64,000 bases of DNA from the IMG/VR virus record IMGVR_UViG_3300042317_001568, positions 62,001-126,000 of that record; one strand, written 5' to 3'. A program made the translations under genes and the position numbers. The notes below the pieces were generated by a model. That model was not told where the DNA came from. It searched no databases and saw only the letters and a program-made list of their open reading frames with translations. Shown piece by piece: positions 8,444 through 18,653 of the stretch. Position 1 is the first letter of the stretch. Each line of letters begins with the position of its first letter.

Positions 8444-9673
8444 ATGACGTACCAAAAAACTTTTCCGTTCCGCCGTGTTTCCGTGGATCACATGGTCCGC
8501 GGAACAACCCGGGTTTGGTGGCAACTTGAGCCGCTATTCCGCGATCCCGGGCCGCATGTCTACCAGCTGCAAGTCAGCAAATCTGGTTTAACAAACTCTT
8601 CAGACTGGGCCGATGTCGGGCCGCCGTTAACAAACGCTTATGTGGCGTATGACTCGGCGTGGCGACTATCCGGATATTCCCTGCTTACGCATTATCGCGT
8701 TAAATTAACAACGCCAACAACTGTCTATGTCTCGCAATCTGCAGGTTGCTTTGGCGAGTTAAACGAGCGCGACTGGGTGTTGTCGCAAGAAATTATCCGT
8801 AAAGAACAGCTACGGCATCAATTTGTGTCGACGCCCGGGTATCTTATTAAGGCTATGCGTTTCGGAAAGCCGTGCCCGCGCTGCCGAGAAAAGCTGACGC
8901 AGGAAGTACTCGACTCGTATTGCCCGGTCTGTAGCGGCACTGGTTTTGAGGTCGGCTATTTTCCGCCGCAGCCGTTGCAATGCTGGGATTTATCTTTACA
9001 GACAATTCAAGAAGAAGGCGATGCGCAGGCCCGCGGGCCCACACGCGACAACGCCGTTGTCCAAGCACGCGTAATTGGTTTTCCGGCTTTAAATAAATAT
9101 GACGTGTGGGTAAACGCCGCCAGCGACGAACGCTGGATAATTGACACAATTCAAGTTGTCGCGGCTATGAGGAATGTGCCGCTGGTGTATCAGGTGCAGT
9201 TAAACCTCGCGCCGTTTACAGACGGTATTTACACATTTGAAGTCGGCGGAGAGTCGCCCACGCGCGACCCGTCGACAGAAGGCCCTACTGTTGGGTGCGG
9301 CGATGTCATCTTAAACCATAACTACAACGGCAACGATCGGTACGCCTACCTGTCTCCGACGGGGTGCCCAATCAGCGGCGCTACGGTATACGTGTTTAAC
9401 AGAAACGTATATGACGTAAACGGCCCGCAAATTGCCCGGACTATGGCGCTCGCAAAAACGAGCACAACCGCAAACGGCCGCTGGGTGCAGGGCGTTAATG
9501 TAAATCCCGGCAACTACGCTATTCTTTATGAAAAGACTGGCGAGTTCGGCCCAGACGTAGATTTTGTAACTGTGGTTGCGCCACCGCCTACCGCATCTGT
9601 TAAAACAGCGACACCCGCAAAGAGCGCCCCGACATGGCCGACGAAAAAAGAAAACGACTTCTGGACCATATAA
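8444..9673 (+). CDS. Putative head-closure/neck protein with CxxC...CxxC insert and C-terminal beta-sandwich
   Basis: CPRC...CPVCSGTGF; lies between the adaptor and tail-completion genes. Confidence 0.55.
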   Translation: MTYQKTFPFRRVSVDHMVRGTTRVWWQLEPLFRDPGPHVYQLQVSKSGLTNSSDWADVGPPLTNAYVAYDSAWRLSGYSLLTHYRVKLTTPTTVYVSQSAGCFGELNERDWVLSQEIIRKEQLRHQFVSTPGYLIKAMRFGKPCPRCREKLTQEVLDSYCPVCSGTGFEVGYFPPQPLQCWDLSLQTIQEEGDAQARGPTRDNAVVQARVIGFPALNKYDVWVNAASDERWIIDTIQVVAAMRNVPLVYQVQLNLAPFTDGIYTFEVGGESPTRDPSTEGPTVGCGDVILNHNYNGNDRYAYLSPTGCPISGATVYVFNRNVYDVNGPQIARTMALAKTSTTANGRWVQGVNVNPGNYAILYEKTGEFGPDVDFVTVVAPPPTASVKTATPAKSAPTWPTKKENDFWTI

Positions 9674-9767
9674 AGCTAAGTCCGGGGAAAAAGCGGCTGC
9701 AGCCCGGCAGAATAAAAATAGCCCTGCCGAAAATCTCAATAAACAAATCGCGCCCAAAGGATACGCC

Positions 9768-10487
9768 ATGAGCGACTGCCCAACGCCGCCGAACCCGCCA
9801 GAGGTCGAGGCGCAGTTTCCGGAAGGTAGCCAGCCGGAAAACCGCGTAGACAAAGTTAGTGCGCTGTGCTCTTACGGCATGCGCCCCCACGTCATGACCG
9901 GCCTTTTACGTCAATTACTCATCGGGCACTTTACCGATCCGCAACATATTGAAGAGCCAAGAGTTAGGCGACAAATAGAGCTGCTTAACCAATGGCAGCC
10001 AGAACCAGACATTGGAGTGCCGCCGCAAAAGGGCATTCTTATTGAGAGCATTACTCGCTGGACACCCAATTCGGCCGACAAGCGACCGGCGGTACTAATT
10101 AAACGAAACTCGTGGACATGGTTGAAACAGACCATTGGTGACCGGTTGGAAACTAATCTTTACACCGGCAAAGAATCTTATTTTGGTTTTTGGCAAGGAA
10201 GTCATACAATTTACTGTATGTCCGGAACAGGCGCCGAGACTGAGTTCTTGGCCGCCGAAGTTTGCAAATTTTTGATACTTTTCTCGCCGTTAATACGGTC
10301 GCAACTGGAATTGCATAAATTCTTTGTCAGCGAAGTTGGCGGTGTTGGGGAAGTGCAAGAAGTGGTTCAGGGATACGCCGTCCCTGTCACTGTGACGTAT
10401 GTAGCAGAGGAGAATTGGTCGATTCAACCATACGTCCCGCGCCTCAAGCGGATTGTCTTCAAGGCTTCAGATTTGTTGTCGTATTAA
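9768..10487 (+). CDS. Putative tail completion/terminator protein
   Basis: Directly upstream of the sheath gene; RPAVLIKR motif; ATG 9768 follows AAAGGA. Confidence 0.5.
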   Translation: MSDCPTPPNPPEVEAQFPEGSQPENRVDKVSALCSYGMRPHVMTGLLRQLLIGHFTDPQHIEEPRVRRQIELLNQWQPEPDIGVPPQKGILIESITRWTPNSADKRPAVLIKRNSWTWLKQTIGDRLETNLYTGKESYFGFWQGSHTIYCMSGTGAETEFLAAEVCKFLILFSPLIRSQLELHKFFVSEVGGVGEVQEVVQGYAVPVTVTYVAEENWSIQPYVPRLKRIVFKASDLLSY

Positions 10488-10582
10488 AACGCGGTAGTTG
10501 TTTTGTTTAGAATAGTGGTTGTGTATACTACTGAGTACGCGATTACCGCACCGCACACAATTTAGGGCATGGAGGCCTTCGT

Positions 10583-13500
10583 ATGTCGAGCTACGTAAAA
10601 CCGCAAGTTCTTGTATTCCAAGAATTCTCAATCGTCCCCACCGAAATCACTGAGCCGCTGCGCGCGCACATCACCGGCCCGAACGGCGTGCTGCACCGGT
10701 ATAGCGACTCTGATGAAAAACAAACCATCCGCCTCGGCGCATATAACCAAACTGACGACGTTTGCTACCCGTGGCCGCAGCGTAAGCCCGGCTCGCTTGT
10801 CGACCTTGATTACGTCAAGCTGTACATCGACAACGCGCTGCTCAAGTATTACGAGCACAACCTGAGCGACGTCGAAACCACAATCACCGCTGTAGAAACA
10901 AACCAGCGAGTGCTTCCGAACTGGATCACGTCGGACGACCTCTCCTTTAAGTCGAACACCGCGGCGTACCCGCGATCGACAGAGTTTAATGACCGCGACG
11001 TTCAACTTGGTGACGTTGTTTATCTGCGCACGGTAAGCGCCGATAACAACTGCGAAGAGACCACACTGTGGACATCTGTCGCGGGCTTTGCTTCGGACAA
11101 CGTCCCGTCGCGCATTAAGCCGGCTGTGGTCGACGACAACAACTGCGCGGGCCATAGCGCTACAACTAGCTCAGCGCAAGTTCACGCTGACGGCGGGGCG
11201 CTCGACAACTCGGTTGTAATCAACGCCGTCGATGGTTCGCTCTACAACGGCCTGCCCAGCGGCGACGTAGAAGAGACTTATACCATTACAGTCGTAAAGA
11301 GCTCGATTAGCGGATGCAACGCTGCGCGACTTCGCGTTCGATCGGCTTCTCGCCGCGACGACGTCGCCGAAGTAACAGCGGCGGCTTTCGGCTCGCCGAC
11401 AACTATCGGTACGCGCGGCCTCAAAGTCACGTTTGCCGTGACTGCCGGCAGCGGCGACACTTTCCTCGTCGGCCAGCAGTGGACTGTAAGCGTAACTCAA
11501 AGCGTCACCGCCACGACTATCGCGTCGGCCGCCGACGGTAACTTCACTATGGACGGCGATGACATCCTCGGCGCCTATACCGGCGACAAGAACGACATTT
11601 ACGTCGTCGAAGTCACCAAGGGCGGTTACTGGGCTGCTCTCCCGGCGATCACTGTTCGCACGGTAAAAGGTCTTGATTTCTCCGGCCCAACCGAAGTAAC
11701 TGCCTCTGGTGTAGAGGTCGGTATCGGCACCAGCGGCGTAAAAATTGTGTTGACGTCGACACAGGGTCTCCGTAAGGGTGACAAGTTCTACGTCACTGTT
11801 GTTTCGGCCAAGGCCGGCGAAGTGCGCAAGCTCATTCTCCGTGACGACCTCCCGGTTGCTATGCGAGAAAAGTCGATGCTCGCCAAAAAGCTCCACACGG
11901 CCAAGCTCGCTTCGACAGCCAACGTCGTCAGCCTGAGCGGCACGCCAACTATTGACGGCGTCGCGCTCCAGTCGGGCGACAAGGTTCTCTTAAAGAATCA
12001 AACCAACGCTGCGCAGAACGGTCTGTATGTCGTTCCGGCCGCGTCGGGCGACCCGGCTACCGTGGGCAATTGGACACGGACCACTGGCAATGACGTACTC
12101 ATCGCCGGCTCGTTTGTCCGCGTTACGCACGGCTCGACACAGGCTACCAAGGGTTACCTGTTAACTAACACCGGGACGTTGAATTTAGGTACCACGACGT
12201 TGACGTTTGTAAACGACGACGACGCTGATGTGCTGAAGTTCCCGTCGCTCGACCTGAAGCTGTTCATCAAGGACAACATTCAGGTTTCGAAGAATCGTAT
12301 CGGTTACGCCCCGATGACCAACTACTGGTTTGAAGATACGCAGATTTGCGTACAAGAAGGCATTGTGGCGTATCACCCAGAGTGGACAGATGCCGGCGCA
12401 GAGCAGCCGCTGCCCGTTGAGGGCGGCACGCTGTACGCCGAATACCGCGAGTGGGTGTTCGACCTGAGCGACGAAGTTAACGCCATGAGCGACGTGGCCG
12501 ATCTTGATAACATTCCCGGCCAGCTTCACCCGGACAACCCGCTGAAGTGGGGCGTTTACAAGGCGCTTGCTAATTCGAACGGTACCGCTGTGAAGTACAC
12601 AGCCGTGCACGATCCGAAAGAGCTGGACAGCTGGGTGCAGGTCCTTGAGCGTCTCAAGGGTCGCGACGACTTCTATAACCTTGTCCCGATGACGTTTGAC
12701 CGTATGGTGCAGAACCTGTGGGCCGCCCACATCGGCGCCGAGTCGAACGAGTACGCTAACAACTGGAAAGCTGGTTACTTTGCGCTCCGCGCCGAGACTC
12801 ATCAGCTGGTTGTCGGCGAAGGCGCCCGAATTCGGGGCGTTCTTGCCGAGGTTATGCCCGAAGCCGTTCTGGCCACGCTTGCCGATGACCCGAACGCGAC
12901 GAACACGCAGTACACGCTGCTGCAAGTTCCGACCGGCAACAACAACGCCAGCGGTTACTTTATTACAAATGACGTACGCCCCGGCGACATCGTTCGGTAC
13001 AACTACACCACCGACGGTTTCGGCGACGTGCAGTACGAAGAGTACGTTGTAGACAAGGTTCTGTCGGAAAACTCGCTGCTCCTGTACACCGGCGGTGACG
13101 TCGCTGTAACAACGCCGCAGCAGTTTGAAATCTGGCACAACCGGAACCGCAACGAAGTTGCCGACCACATTGCCGAACAGGCTGGTTCGCTGTCGAACCG
13201 TCGGGTTTGCGCCGTGTGGCCGGATCAGGTCGGCGAGGCCGGCACAACACAGCCCGGCTATTACTTAGCCGCTGCGCTGGCCGGTCTGACGTCGGGCGTG
13301 GTCCCGCACCAGCCGCTTACCAACGTAGAGGTAGCCGGTTTCGACGACTTCACGCGGTCCTACAAGTACTTCAATGAAACGCAACTTAACCGTATGGCTG
13401 AAGCTGGCGTCTGGATTGTGACGGAAGACCGTGACGGCACGCCGCACACGCGGCACGCGCTGACGACGGACAACCTCGACCTGAATCGTCGGGAAGAGAT

Positions 13501-13792
13501 GATCCGCCGCAACGTCGACTCGATGTCGTACCTGTTCTACCGTCGTCTGCGTCCGTACATCGGCCGCACGAACGCGCAGCCCGGAATGGTTAAGGTGCTA
13601 GAGTTCGAAGTAACGCGCGTCATCGATTTCTTGAAGTCTAACGGCAACACTGCAGAACTCGGCTCGCAGTTAATCAACGGCTCGATCCGCAAGCTGCAGA
13701 TTCATCCGCTGCTGAAGGATCGGATCGAGATTGTTCTTGATCTGGTTGTTCCGGCTCCGCTCAACAACATCGAACTGCACTTAGTGGTCTAA
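10583..13792 (+). CDS. Tail sheath protein (1069 aa, with inserted domains)
   Basis: N-terminal YVKPQVLVFQE; sheath-like C-terminus (PHQPLTN...RRNVD...P.PLNNIEL); followed by a tube-sized gene. Confidence 0.85.
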   Translation: MSSYVKPQVLVFQEFSIVPTEITEPLRAHITGPNGVLHRYSDSDEKQTIRLGAYNQTDDVCYPWPQRKPGSLVDLDYVKLYIDNALLKYYEHNLSDVETTITAVETNQRVLPNWITSDDLSFKSNTAAYPRSTEFNDRDVQLGDVVYLRTVSADNNCEETTLWTSVAGFASDNVPSRIKPAVVDDNNCAGHSATTSSAQVHADGGALDNSVVINAVDGSLYNGLPSGDVEETYTITVVKSSISGCNAARLRVRSASRRDDVAEVTAAAFGSPTTIGTRGLKVTFAVTAGSGDTFLVGQQWTVSVTQSVTATTIASAADGNFTMDGDDILGAYTGDKNDIYVVEVTKGGYWAALPAITVRTVKGLDFSGPTEVTASGVEVGIGTSGVKIVLTSTQGLRKGDKFYVTVVSAKAGEVRKLILRDDLPVAMREKSMLAKKLHTAKLASTANVVSLSGTPTIDGVALQSGDKVLLKNQTNAAQNGLYVVPAASGDPATVGNWTRTTGNDVLIAGSFVRVTHGSTQATKGYLLTNTGTLNLGTTTLTFVNDDDADVLKFPSLDLKLFIKDNIQVSKNRIGYAPMTNYWFEDTQICVQEGIVAYHPEWTDAGAEQPLPVEGGTLYAEYREWVFDLSDEVNAMSDVADLDNIPGQLHPDNPLKWGVYKALANSNGTAVKYTAVHDPKELDSWVQVLERLKGRDDFYNLVPMTFDRMVQNLWAAHIGAESNEYANNWKAGYFALRAETHQLVVGEGARIRGVLAEVMPEAVLATLADDPNATNTQYTLLQVPTGNNNASGYFITNDVRPGDIVRYNYTTDGFGDVQYEEYVVDKVLSENSLLLYTGGDVAVTTPQQFEIWHNRNRNEVADHIAEQAGSLSNRRVCAVWPDQVGEAGTTQPGYYLAAALAGLTSGVVPHQPLTNVEVAGFDDFTRSYKYFNETQLNRMAEAGVWIVTEDRDGTPHTRHALTTDNLDLNRREEMIRRNVDSMSYLFYRRLRPYIGRTNAQPGMVKVLEFEVTRVIDFLKSNGNTAELGSQLINGSIRKLQIHPLLKDRIEIVLDLVVPAPLNNIELHLVV

Positions 13793-13813
13793 CTTACTGC
13801 AACGAGGTAAAAA

Positions 13814-14242
13814 ATGGCTATCCCTTTCGGCGTCGAACAGACGCACAATGGCGGCGTAAAAGTCGAGAATATTACGTTAAAGATTGCGGGGCAGGACGCT
13901 GCCGTGGCGCAACAGTTTCAATTTACGTTAACTCGTAACGTGAATCTGTTGTATGAAATCGGTACAAACAAGACCTATTACGTCGGTAATCGGCGCCAAG
14001 GGCAGGGTACGCTGCAACGCGTCGTTGCCGGTGCCGCAGGTTTTACTGGTATCGTAAAAGCGCTTGGCGACCTATGCTTGCCGCAAGATTGCCAACTACA
14101 GGGCTTTGGTTGCACCGGCGGTGCGGTCACTTACACCCTTAAGAAGGCGCTTGCGACGGCCCTCGGCGCTACCGTAACAGCTCAGGACGTTGTCATCACG
14201 GAGTCGATCAATCTGATCTTTATCGACATCGACTACGGTTGA
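13814..14242 (+). CDS. Tail tube protein
   Basis: 142 aa after the sheath; RNVNLLYEIG...GTLQRV pattern. Confidence 0.75.
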   Translation: MAIPFGVEQTHNGGVKVENITLKIAGQDAAVAQQFQFTLTRNVNLLYEIGTNKTYYVGNRRQGQGTLQRVVAGAAGFTGIVKALGDLCLPQDCQLQGFGCTGGAVTYTLKKALATALGATVTAQDVVITESINLIFIDIDYG

Positions 14243-14270
14243 TTCAAACGGTTGATTAAACTTAAACGAG

Positions 14271-14305
14271 TAAACCCCGGTTGCGCAAAACGCAGCCGGG
14301 GTTTA
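14271..14305 (+). terminator. Strong hairpin after the sheath-tube operon (terminator or RNA stabiliser)
   Basis: taaaccccggttgcg-caaaa-cgcagccggggttta. Confidence 0.65.
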
Positions 14306-14363
14306 TGGTATTGGGCGTAACTGCCCGGGGCTTCGGCCCGTAACCTCACCGCAAGGTGGTAAA

Positions 14364-17273
14364 ATGAGCGAAGGTAACCGGCCGGGGCCGTCAGCGTCCC
14401 CGTACAGCTCGGGGTCTCAATATTATCAAGACCCCACTATCGGAACACGCCGCCTGCAAAATGACACGCAGTACGGTAGCCGAAACTCGACGAGCGCTTA
14501 CGGCGCGCAGTTATCTCCCGCTGCTGACCCCAACAGTACAGCTCCGGCTTTTCATAACAGCTCGATCGACACGCCACGATTACACGTAGGCACGATCGCC
14601 GACGGCACCGCGATCGCAAACTGCTATCGCGTTAATTTGGGCGGTGAAGCTGACTGTCCGATTATTGCTTCGGCAGCTAGTCACAACAGCCAGTCGCCTT
14701 TTGGCGCTACGTCTATCAGTACGTATTCTCCGGGTACGCACGTAGTGGTCATGGTGCACAACCGAGACCAGAAAGGCGTTATTCTCGGTGCCGTGCCGCC
14801 GTACATTGACGTCGGCCGTGTGGCCTATCACGACTACATCTCAGCGGCATCGAGAACGCGCGTAGACGACTGCCACAAGCGTTACCTTAAAATGGAACAC
14901 GCCGGCTACATGTCTGACTACAGCAATTGGCGCCCTGTGGATGCCACGTTGGCCAGCGAGTGGGGCGCGATAACAACCACGGGCGCTGGAATCACATTAG
15001 ATGATTTCATGGTGCGCGTGGGAATTAACGAGTTCTGCGGTCTATACGCATTTTATCACGATCAGCTATTGCGCCTGTCTGGCTACAACTTGCAACTGTG
15101 GACTGCCGGCTCAGAGCGCGACGCCTACATGGATCAGGCGGAGTGCAACGACACGCAAGGTTACACGCCGTATCCGTGGGAGGGTGTAGGCAATCTTGAA
15201 CCCGGCATCCCGGTAATTCAAGAATACGAACCGAAAACCTATAACTGCTTTAGCGGTAAGCCGTATTACTCGCGGTGGGAAAACATTCACGAGTTTGCGC
15301 AGCCGTATCACCGCACGCAAACATTTTACGGTTATTTGGGTCAGGGTGGCCGATACGTTACTCATGCCCCGCCGCCCGGTTTACAGCGCTGGACATACAA
15401 AGGCGAGCCGGGTTCTCCGGGGGACACGCCCTACGATTCGCAAATAGAGGCTAAGAACGTCCCGCCAATTAATTGCTCGTCCGGGCCTGATAAGCAAAAA
15501 GACCATCAAGAAAAACCGGTATACGGCCTGCAAGAACACAACAGCGGCCTTGATGGGCGACTGTTTATTACGTCTGCAAAGGGCGTAGTTATCTCAAAAC
15601 GCATTCTGTTGCCGATCCCGCAGCGCATCAAACGGCCCGAAGACGTCGAGCAGGGTGATGAGGCCAGCAAGAATTACAAAGCTGCCAGTAAGTTCGGCAG
15701 CGGCCCAGACCACAAAATTACGGGTGACTTTGAAACAACGGACCAGCAGTACCCGAACATGCAGCGGGCCGCCGCGGTGCTCGACCTGCACGGGTATTTG
15801 TTTAACTATGCCGGTCTGCACCCATTTTATTGGCACGCGAAAGATTACAAGACGTGGGAAGAGCAAGACCTGCGCAGCGAGGGGTACGCGAACTACAACC
15901 AAAAAATACCGGACTTCGGCCAGCTTGCCGGCGCGAAGATGTACCTAAAAGAAGAGTCGCCGAAGAACTGGAAGATTGACCACAGGTACAACACACAAAA
16001 ATTTTGGGAAACAGAGTCGTTTATTTCGCTGCTGGAAGAAGGCACGGTCGTTATCGGCGACGGGTATGGCGCCGAAATTCGCATGTCCGGTGGTTGCGTG
16101 TTTATCTCTGCTCCCGGTGACGTGTGGTGCAAGAGCGGAAGAGACGTGCAACTGTGGGGCGGCAACGACGTTATTACGCGCGCCAATAAAAGCGTGGACA
16201 TCTCGTCGACCGAAAAGAATGTCCGCATTAAAGCCGAAGAGCACGTGCTGGTTTTTGCTGGTAATGAACAGTCTCAGCACGAAGGCGGGATTCTACTTGA
16301 GAGCCGCGGCAAGACTGTCGAATACGACTTTGAACAATGCGGCGACGAAATTCGCTTTGCCGGTATTGTGATGCGCGCGCCAGAATCTAATGTTGTCAGT
16401 CTGGCGCATCAGATTTACATGCGCACAGGTGGCGGCGAGATCAAGCCGGGGCAAATCGTATTAGATGCCGCAAAGGGCGACAGCGACATTGTGACCAAGT
16501 CGAAAAACATGTACAGCTATGTAAATGAGACAGGCGCTGTATATCAGTTTTTTGGGTCTCAAAACGGGTTCGTTGGCCGCGCTAATCTTTTTAGGGAAGA
16601 CATTACGCTCCTGTGCGGCCCGGTCGGTACTACGGGGAGCATCTTCGCAAACGGCGACGTGATGTGTAATGGTAGCGCGGGTTTCTTAGCTGCTGCCGGC
16701 CACATTATCACAAAGAAAGCGGCCACATCTGGCGCGATATTCGTAGCCCCCTGCGACGCCGAAAGTGGTTGCGAAAGAATCGTCAACGAGGCGATCGAAA
16801 CGTTCGCGACGCTTAGTACCGAAGACGTGCCGGACATCGGCATGCAGATTGACGAGCAGGTGCTAGAGGCTCTGTGGTATGGCGAAAAGCGCGCCGGCAA
16901 CGACGACACGATTAACAAGATTGAGTTCTCGTTCCGGCGCGACGAAGACTACAAGATACCCGACTTCGTGCTGTATGAAGATCGTTGGCAGCAGATGGCG
17001 CGGCTCGGAGGCCAAGAACCCGCTAAGTGGACAGAGCGGCCTGTTAAAAACAAGGCGTGTGACGAAACGTGGCCGTTCCCCGGTAAGAAGTGGCTGAAGG
17101 ACGAGCCGGCGTATGTCGAACAAGACTTCTCTATTGTGCAAATAGAGGGCGGGTACATCGACAAAGAACGCGGCGAATCACCCGGCCTCGCGGGCGAGTA
17201 CCAGCAACCCAAATTCAAAAACAACAACAAAAAAACACTTGACGGCAATTATCCCATTACACCAAGGACGTAA
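14364..17273 (+). CDS. Putative baseplate central spike/hub (gp5/VgrG-like)
   Basis: N-terminal OB-fold-like segment (YSPGTHVVV...GVILG); beta-repeat segment (ISAPGDVW..SGRDV); position in the tail cluster. Confidence 0.55.
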   Translation: MSEGNRPGPSASPYSSGSQYYQDPTIGTRRLQNDTQYGSRNSTSAYGAQLSPAADPNSTAPAFHNSSIDTPRLHVGTIADGTAIANCYRVNLGGEADCPIIASAASHNSQSPFGATSISTYSPGTHVVVMVHNRDQKGVILGAVPPYIDVGRVAYHDYISAASRTRVDDCHKRYLKMEHAGYMSDYSNWRPVDATLASEWGAITTTGAGITLDDFMVRVGINEFCGLYAFYHDQLLRLSGYNLQLWTAGSERDAYMDQAECNDTQGYTPYPWEGVGNLEPGIPVIQEYEPKTYNCFSGKPYYSRWENIHEFAQPYHRTQTFYGYLGQGGRYVTHAPPPGLQRWTYKGEPGSPGDTPYDSQIEAKNVPPINCSSGPDKQKDHQEKPVYGLQEHNSGLDGRLFITSAKGVVISKRILLPIPQRIKRPEDVEQGDEASKNYKAASKFGSGPDHKITGDFETTDQQYPNMQRAAAVLDLHGYLFNYAGLHPFYWHAKDYKTWEEQDLRSEGYANYNQKIPDFGQLAGAKMYLKEESPKNWKIDHRYNTQKFWETESFISLLEEGTVVIGDGYGAEIRMSGGCVFISAPGDVWCKSGRDVQLWGGNDVITRANKSVDISSTEKNVRIKAEEHVLVFAGNEQSQHEGGILLESRGKTVEYDFEQCGDEIRFAGIVMRAPESNVVSLAHQIYMRTGGGEIKPGQIVLDAAKGDSDIVTKSKNMYSYVNETGAVYQFFGSQNGFVGRANLFREDITLLCGPVGTTGSIFANGDVMCNGSAGFLAAAGHIITKKAATSGAIFVAPCDAESGCERIVNEAIETFATLSTEDVPDIGMQIDEQVLEALWYGEKRAGNDDTINKIEFSFRRDEDYKIPDFVLYEDRWQQMARLGGQEPAKWTERPVKNKACDETWPFPGKKWLKDEPAYVEQDFSIVQIEGGYIDKERGESPGLAGEYQQPKFKNNNKKTLDGNYPITPRT

Positions 17274-17274
17274 A

Positions 17275-18282
17275 ATGGAATTAGCAGACAACAGCGCGTT
17301 ATCTGATTTTACAAAAAAGACGCTAGAACAGTTTGGCTGGAAAGACAAAGAACCGATTCCGGCTGATCTGGGCTCGCTACTTATGTCTTTTCGCGAGACG
17401 TTGCCGCCGTCGAAAAATTTCAACGTGCTCGTAGACGCTACCATGTTGAACGAAGAGCAGACTAAACAAATTAAGGACATGCTCGCCGAAGCCAAGGTCG
17501 CGAAAAAAGAGTTAGACCAAAAAGAACAGAAAGACCAACAACAGGCAAAACTGTTCGATAAAATGCCGCCGTCTTTAGCCGAATCGTTTAAAAAAGTGCT
17601 TGCGGATAATCCGCAAATTATCGACGACCGCGACACGACTGAAGCCGCAACAGAGAAAACCGAAACAACGGCTACGGCTGCAGCGCCAGTAGAAGAAAAG
17701 GTTGCTGTGGCGCCAGCCCCGCCCGCCCCTAGCCCTACGCCAGTAAACGGGCCGCCTTTCTGCCCCCGGTGTGGCTGGGACATGAAGCAAAAGTTTGAAA
17801 TCACGCCAACCGATGCCGACAAAGAAGAGTTTTTGATTGCGCTTCTTGGCGGCCAGCGATTTAGGCGCACCTACGAGTTATTTGGCGGAAAGGTCCGTGT
17901 AACATTTCGCAGCATGCTCGCCGAAGAGAACAAAGCGATTTATCGGCAGCTCGTCATTGATCAGCAGGCTAAAAAGATCGCGACCGAGGCTGAGTGGTTT
18001 GTGCAGATGATGGATTATCGGCTGGCGTGCTCGCTCGACGAGATGACTACGCTTGACGGTAAACTTGTGGCCAGTGTCCCAGAAGTAGCGTTAGTCAGCC
18101 CGCTGCCGGAAAGCGACGAGAACAATCCGTTGGTGCAGCAGCTGAGCAAAATCAACAAGGATGTGCTGGCCCAAGAAGTTACTAGACGGCTCGTTGGGGC
18201 GCATTTAAGGCGATTTCAACGGTTGCTGGAGACGCTAGAAGCGCAGGCACTAGACCCAAGTTTTTGGAACGGGATCGCGTAG
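17275..18282 (+). CDS. Tail assembly chaperone (gpG-like) with CPRCG motif
   Basis: Upstream of the tape measure gene; overlaps a -1-frame ORF at a T5 run. Confidence 0.55.
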   Translation: MELADNSALSDFTKKTLEQFGWKDKEPIPADLGSLLMSFRETLPPSKNFNVLVDATMLNEEQTKQIKDMLAEAKVAKKELDQKEQKDQQQAKLFDKMPPSLAESFKKVLADNPQIIDDRDTTEAATEKTETTATAAAPVEEKVAVAPAPPAPSPTPVNGPPFCPRCGWDMKQKFEITPTDADKEEFLIALLGGQRFRRTYELFGGKVRVTFRSMLAEENKAIYRQLVIDQQAKKIATEAEWFVQMMDYRLACSLDEMTTLDGKLVASVPEVALVSPLPESDENNPLVQQLSKINKDVLAQEVTRRLVGAHLRRFQRLLETLEAQALDPSFWNGIA

Positions 18283-18653
18283 CGGCTTATATGGTGCGGG
18301 CCGCTACGACGGGAGCAATTGATTACTCCCGGGCCAATCCCTCTGAAAAATTCTGGCGCATCAAGCACCGGCTCGTTTTACACGAGCTAGAGCGGGCAGA
18401 CGACCAAAAACTGGTTGAATACACCCACCAACACTGGTGCGCGTATCTCAGCCACGGGTCGCTGAAAGAGGGCGGTTTCGAAATCGCGAAAAAGGCGGCT
18501 ATTACGTCGCTTCGTGGTTTAGAGCAGATTATTTTCCCGTGGCTGCCAGACCCGGAAACGGAAACAAAAAATAGTACAATGGATAGCGCTACAGACAATC
18601 TTGTTAAATATTATCGCCAACACGTGGCGCCAAAAAATGAACAACCCAGCTGA
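18264..18653 (+). CDS. Tail chaperone frameshift extension (gpT-like)
   Basis: -1 frame relative to the preceding gene; no SD; immediately before the tape measure gene. Confidence 0.55.
   Translation: MERDRVAAYMVRAATTGAIDYSRANPSEKFWRIKHRLVLHELERADDQKLVEYTHQHWCAYLSHGSLKEGGFEIAKKAAITSLRGLEQIIFPWLPDPETETKNSTMDSATDNLVKYYRQHVAPKNEQPS

Noticed and set aside
7811-8507. ORFs 7811-8251(-), 7854-8123(+) and 8271-8507(-)
   Set aside because: No RBS and atypical composition; the region is better explained as structured RNA.
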